Shown here: piece after piece, positions 62,097 to 64,000 of the stretch
Position numbering within the stretch: position 1 is the stretch's first letter
Layout of the letters: every line of letters begins with the position of its first letter
Source of the DNA: Elsinoe ampelina
Lineage: Eukaryota
Length of the DNA: 64,000 nucleotides
NCBI GenBank assembly: GCA_010093995.1
Contig: ML992502.1
Coordinates: 2,426,728 to 2,490,727, forward strand
Direction: 5' to 3'
Program-made: the position numbers and the translations under genes
The notes under the pieces: model-generated
The model's database searches: none
What the model was told of the DNA's origin: nothing
What the model saw: the letters and a program-made list of their open reading frames with translations, nothing else

Positions 62097-63488
62097 GGGC
62101 GGTGCAATTTGTTATTCGGGCGGGACTGGTTTGTTGTGACGATGACAAGACGCCGAGAAGTGATATCCACTCTGGTTCCGCGCTCAGCATCTCATTATGT
62201 TGTCGGCGACGCTATTCTGGACTCTCGACAGAGTTCGAGGGCTGAAGTGGCTCAGCACAAACACTTGCACAGGCCTGAAACCCCTCGATGCAGTTCGCAG
62301 CTGGCCGGCTCAAAACGGTCTAGGTCGATTCGTGTCGCGGGAAGCGGAAAGGCAGGCAAAAGGTTCACAAATTCTCACATTCCGCGACTTCTCCTTGACC
62401 GTTTCTCGGTTTCTCATCGGAGAAAGACTACAGCCCGTTTTGACTTTGCTTCTGACATCAACGGCATTCTCACATCTCACTCATATGGTTGTTTCGATCC
62501 TTCACGGCCGTTGAGCGTCGATAGTTCACGGCCACACCCTAGAGCGCCACTCGTGGTCACCTGGGATTCGTACGAGACCTGTCTGACCGACCACATTCCC
62601 GACCCGTCCAGGTGTTGTTGAATCCTTGCATACGACTCGTGATCGACCCATGGGCCATGGCGCCTTTGCGTTGTCCACGCACTCCCTCATTCAATGAGCC
62701 AGCCAGTCATTCGCTCCTTTCGGCACATGGCTGCGAGGGATTGGGAATATGCTCTCAAGCCCCCAGGGCCAAGCTCCTGCGACCCTGCGTTGTGATCGCC
62801 TACGCTATCGTTTTAGCTCGGCGTGGCGCCACGCCCCCGTCCCACGCGCCATCCAAACCCCGTCAGTTTCACTCTCCCTCGCTGTCGTTGACCTGTCGAG
62901 CCCCTTGACGCTGCCGCTGCGATTCCTGGAATGCTGTATCACGTCGGCAACCCGGCTCGACAGGAACCTCGCACTGGCTCCGAAATGACCGACTCGTCAT
63001 GCGTGTCAGCGTGCTTCGTATTCGATGTGCCCGACTTGGGCCTCGTTCGCTCCACAGGCATCCACAATCCTGCCCAGAGCGCCCACTTTGATCTCAAAAC
63101 AGCGATCAACACTTCGATATTGGTCCAGCTGCGGCTCGTCGTCCCCTACCTTTGGGCCTGCCGCCTTCAATTTAGGCTTAGTCGAGTCCGGCGAGAACAT
63201 CCGTGCTGTCTTTTTCTGTCCCATCCTTCGTAAACCTTCTCGCGTGGCGGGACCCGATACCAATTTTCACTCTGAAGGGCAACGCCTTTTTAATCTCAGA
63301 CATCGCTTTACTGGAAACCTCGCTCTTCCACAACGCTCGAGCTTGAAACACGCCTTCCTTGGTACGTCGTCAGTGCCAGAATACACTTTCGCTTTTTTCT
63401 ATAATACTTCAAGGGTAAGTTCCACCTCTCCTTGTCCCATCATCAGCTTCACATTACGACAACAACCCAAGTCATTCGCTATATAATC

Positions 63489-64000
63489 ATGGGTAACAGT
63501 ATCTCATCCTCAATCCTTGCAGGTCTTGGAGTCGCCGCTCGCTCTTCCACTACTACAAGACCAGCCACAACCGCCACCAGACTTCCAACCTCATCTACTA
63601 GTGTAATTCCAACCACCACTAGACTCCCGACGACCACAACGGCCGTCGTTTCCAGCAGCATGACTTCCGTCAGCTCAAGCTCCACCGCTGTGCCGGTCAC
63701 AGGCGGCTCAGTGGCCAACACCATCCTTGTTCTCGCAAAGGACACTGATGGCTTGTACACTTCCACCTCCGGTCTCAACGGCTACGGCATTCCTTTTCAG
63801 TCAATCATTGTTCCTCAGTCCGGCATCCAGCTCCCAGCGCTGAACTCTTCGGCTACTCAGGGTAACTTTGGTGGTATCATTGTTCACGCTGAGGTCTCCT
63901 ACGACTTCGGTAATGGCAACTGGTCCAGCGCTCTTACCCCTGCCCAATGGGCCGACCTCTATAACTACCAGACCGCCTTCGGCGTCCGCATGGTCCGCCT
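63489..64000 (+). CDS. agd3: GAG deacetylase Agd3-like (5' part; runs off the window)
   Basis: Open frame from ATG 63489: a Ser/Thr-rich N-terminus, then NTILVLAKD...TSGLNGYGIPFQSIIVPQSGIQLPALNSSATQGNFGGII...SALTPAQWADLYNYQTAFGVRMVR. Divergent from ega3. Confidence 0.85.
   Translation, partial: MGNSISSSILAGLGVAARSSTTTRPATTATRLPTSSTSVIPTTTRLPTTTTAVVSSSMTSVSSSSTAVPVTGGSVANTILVLAKDTDGLYTSTSGLNGYGIPFQSIIVPQSGIQLPALNSSATQGNFGGIIVHAEVSYDFGNGNWSSALTPAQWADLYNYQTAFGVRMVR

Overview
Filamentous ascomycete (Pezizomycotina) genomic DNA, judged from RIP damage, ~50-nt GT-AG introns and fungal gene content. It has three compartments. (1) 1 to ~21,985 is an AT-rich block wrecked by repeat-induced point mutation (RIP). 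Mentally reversing C>T/G>A changes shows relics of a SNF2-type helicase, a Plavaka transposase and a Tc1/IS630-type transposase, plus two interleaved direct-repeat pairs about 7.3-7.4 kb apart. (2) ~22,300-41,500 holds a tannase/feruloyl esterase, a tyrosine-catabolism pair (TPR/HmgX-like gene and hppD), a Mutator-type MITE and a Zn2Cys6 regulator. Around these sits the most unusual feature: a local array of head-to-head gene pairs, each a divergent protein-kinase-like gene plus a small (~190-240 aa) basic orphan gene. There are five kinase-like copies and five orphan copies. The orphans share a splice position, an (H/N)NRR..K...D..F core, an LW..S motif and an RRS(A/L)R tail, and copies are in different states of decay. 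I do not recognise this pair as a described system. (3) 42,343 to the end is a galactosaminogalactan (GAG) biosynthesis cluster: sph3, gtb3, uge3, ega3 and the start of agd3. All family calls are by eye from motifs; no searches were run.
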